A stretch of 63,949 nt of DNA, the filler included, from Klebsormidium nitens (Eukaryota > Plantae > Klebsormidiophyceae), in NCBI GenBank assembly GCA_000708835.1. It is 6 parts of 6 records of this genome, joined end to end, with 100 filler letters (N's around TTAATTAATTAA, not from the genome) between each part and the next. Parts side by side here need not be neighbours in the genome. Positions count along the whole stretch, not along the records: positions 62,212 to 63,949 come from DF238067.1; 5 more parts are not named here. One strand, written 5' to 3'. A program made the position numbers and the translations under genes. The notes under the pieces were generated by a model. It did no database searches and was not told the origin of the DNA. It saw only the letters and a program-made list of their open reading frames with translations. Shown piece after piece: positions 62,380 through 63,949 of the stretch. The stretch's first letter is position 1. Each line of letters begins with the position of its first letter.

Positions 62380-63188
62380 AGAACAAGGAGAGTGGTCCTG
62401 ACATTCGTCAGTGGTTGCCTATGATTGAGGAGTATCTCGTTGCTACTTCCAATGCAGAGTATCTGCGTATTGCATCTTCCTATCTGAATGGTAAGCCGAG
62501 GTCCTTCTGGATGTCGACGTGGGAGGCATGGCAGGCAGCCAACCCTGGAGCGTATCCTGGAAGTGCTAACCCTGGCCCGTTTGTTGGAGCTGCTCGGGAT
62601 TTCTTCCGTGAGACTATGATTAGGGGCTATGGTCTTCGTACCCCCATTCAGTCCTATTGGGATACCTGGAACAAGTTGTCCAAGGGGTCCAAGAGCGTGG
62701 ATGATTATAACATCGATTTCAACCAGGCCATGGTTAATCTCCGTGAGGAGATTACTGATGAGGCTGTCAAGATCGAAAGGTATCGGTCGGGACTTCAGCC
62801 TGACCTGAGGGAGATGTGTCGCACTAATACTCCTGGTCAGCGTTGGGCAACGCTCAATGCCATCGGAGAGTATGCGACTCTACAGTGGCCTACTATTGAG
62901 GCACGTCTGGCCAAGCGCATGTCTTCCCAGCCTGCCAAATCGGTGGGTGGAAAGCGCAAGGCATCTGGTGGAGGTGGTTCTGGACGTTCGTCCAAGGCCA
63001 AGTTGTCGGCAGCTCTTACCGATGAGCAGTAGGCCAACGATATGGAGAACCGCCTGTGCCATATCTGTCAAAAGCCAGGCCATATTGCACGTGACTGCGA
63101 GGAGGGTCCTCCCAAGGCGGCCGCGGGCAAGGGCAAAGGCCAGAAGAAGGGCAACAAGAAGTATGAGCAAGGTTTTCAGAAAAACTAG
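62380..63188 (+). pseudogene. gag: Ty3/gypsy Gag (retrotransposon-gag domain + Zn knuckle), premature TAG at 63030
   Basis: PDIRQWLPMIEEYL...YLNGKPRSFW...SVDDYNIDF...KIERYRSGLQPDLR. Past the TAG the same frame gives CHICQKPGHIARDC and ends GFQKN-TAG at 63188. Confidence 0.88.
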
Positions 63189-63850
63189 CCAACGTAGGAC
63201 AGTTGTCTAGTCAGGAGAACTCTGTATTGGATCTGACAGAACGGGACTTCCTGAACATTTAAAATGTTACTGGTCGTATATTTGAAGTTCAACGTTCAGA
63301 AGATTCCATCTCTACAGATGTGTGTCCTAATCAGCTTTACTGACATCGTCTATGGCAGGCAAGCATGTTTGGATAAACGCGAGCACAGCTAAGGATGTGA
63401 CAGAACGTCTTAGGCATTTGCATTCTGCGTTTGTTGATAGCCCTACTTCGACGTCTGCTTGTGTGTTGGTACGTGATAGCATGCCTATTGCTTTGCCGTT
63501 ACTGAAGGATTTTCGTGTTGTGCTGACAGTTCCGAAAGGTGGGTTGGTTCGTCAGTTGCAGACAGATCACACGTGGGCTGTTGTGCGAAGTCCTGAGAAG
63601 TTGCGAGTTCTGTTCCTTGCTTCTGTTTCTAACAAAGTGTCTTCTGAAGCAGGTCTGCTGACCAACAAGATTCTCGCAGGGCTCCTCGCGGAAGGGCTCG
63701 GCTAAGTTGCCACGTATGATGTTTTCCGAAGCTCTGGTAAGGCAGCTGCGGCTAAGTCCAACATCCTGTTTGACTCTGGAGCGTCAGTGAACTTCGTTTC
63801 TGCCAAATTTGCTAAGCAGACATGCATTACGGTAAGACCTACTTGTAACG
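63188..63850 (+). pseudogene. pol: Start of pol: N6-adenine-methyltransferase-like domain followed by aspartic protease
   Basis: Starts in the -1 frame relative to gag. MAGKHVWINAST...SPTSTSACVLVR...LLKDFRVV..VPKG is followed, after a TAA at 63703 in the same frame, by NILFDSGASVNFVS (protease D at 63772). The protease call is confident; the MTase-like call is moderate. Confidence 0.7.
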
Positions 63851-63949
63851 AACGGGCTTTGGTTAAGTCTAACCGCACGTCGTTACGAGGATAACCCCTG
63901 AGTTAAGCAATTACGTCAGGTTGCGACGTATGAGCACAATATTGATGTG

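Overview
This is a draft-assembly window from a GC-rich, intron-rich eukaryote. Plant-type SKA1 and GATA motifs, GT-AG introns and a likely plastid transit peptide point to a streptophyte green alga (Klebsormidium-like); this is inference. N-gaps, several containing an artificial TTAATTAATTAA spacer, split it into contigs. Host-type genes reconstructed by hand are: a 9-exon SKA1 (50169-54638, -); a 2-exon putative plastid membrane protein (8545-11166, -); a triple-GATA-finger plus Tudor gene (22060-24256, -); a spliced Crinkler/RHS-like gene with a restriction-endonuclease-fold domain (38508-43353, -); and a decayed ABCC half gene. Mobile DNA includes two Ty3/gypsy relics, a piggyBac transposase, a probable KDZ-type transposase end and a nest of MITEs. 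The right-hand Ty3/gypsy relic has an adenine-methyltransferase-like domain between Gag and protease. The most striking region is 24546-29081, a compact unit with no capsid gene visible. It carries a virus-type tyrosine recombinase pseudogene, a small Cys-motif ORF, and a ~950-codon Prim-Pol/Zn/D5-SF3 primase-helicase broken by one stop. Directly after it are nine perfect TGATACA heptamers in opposed orientations around a T-rich tract. This layout resembles the integrase-primase-helicase-iteron origin of phage satellites, but in an algal nuclear assembly. All family assignments are by motif recognition; no database searches were run.
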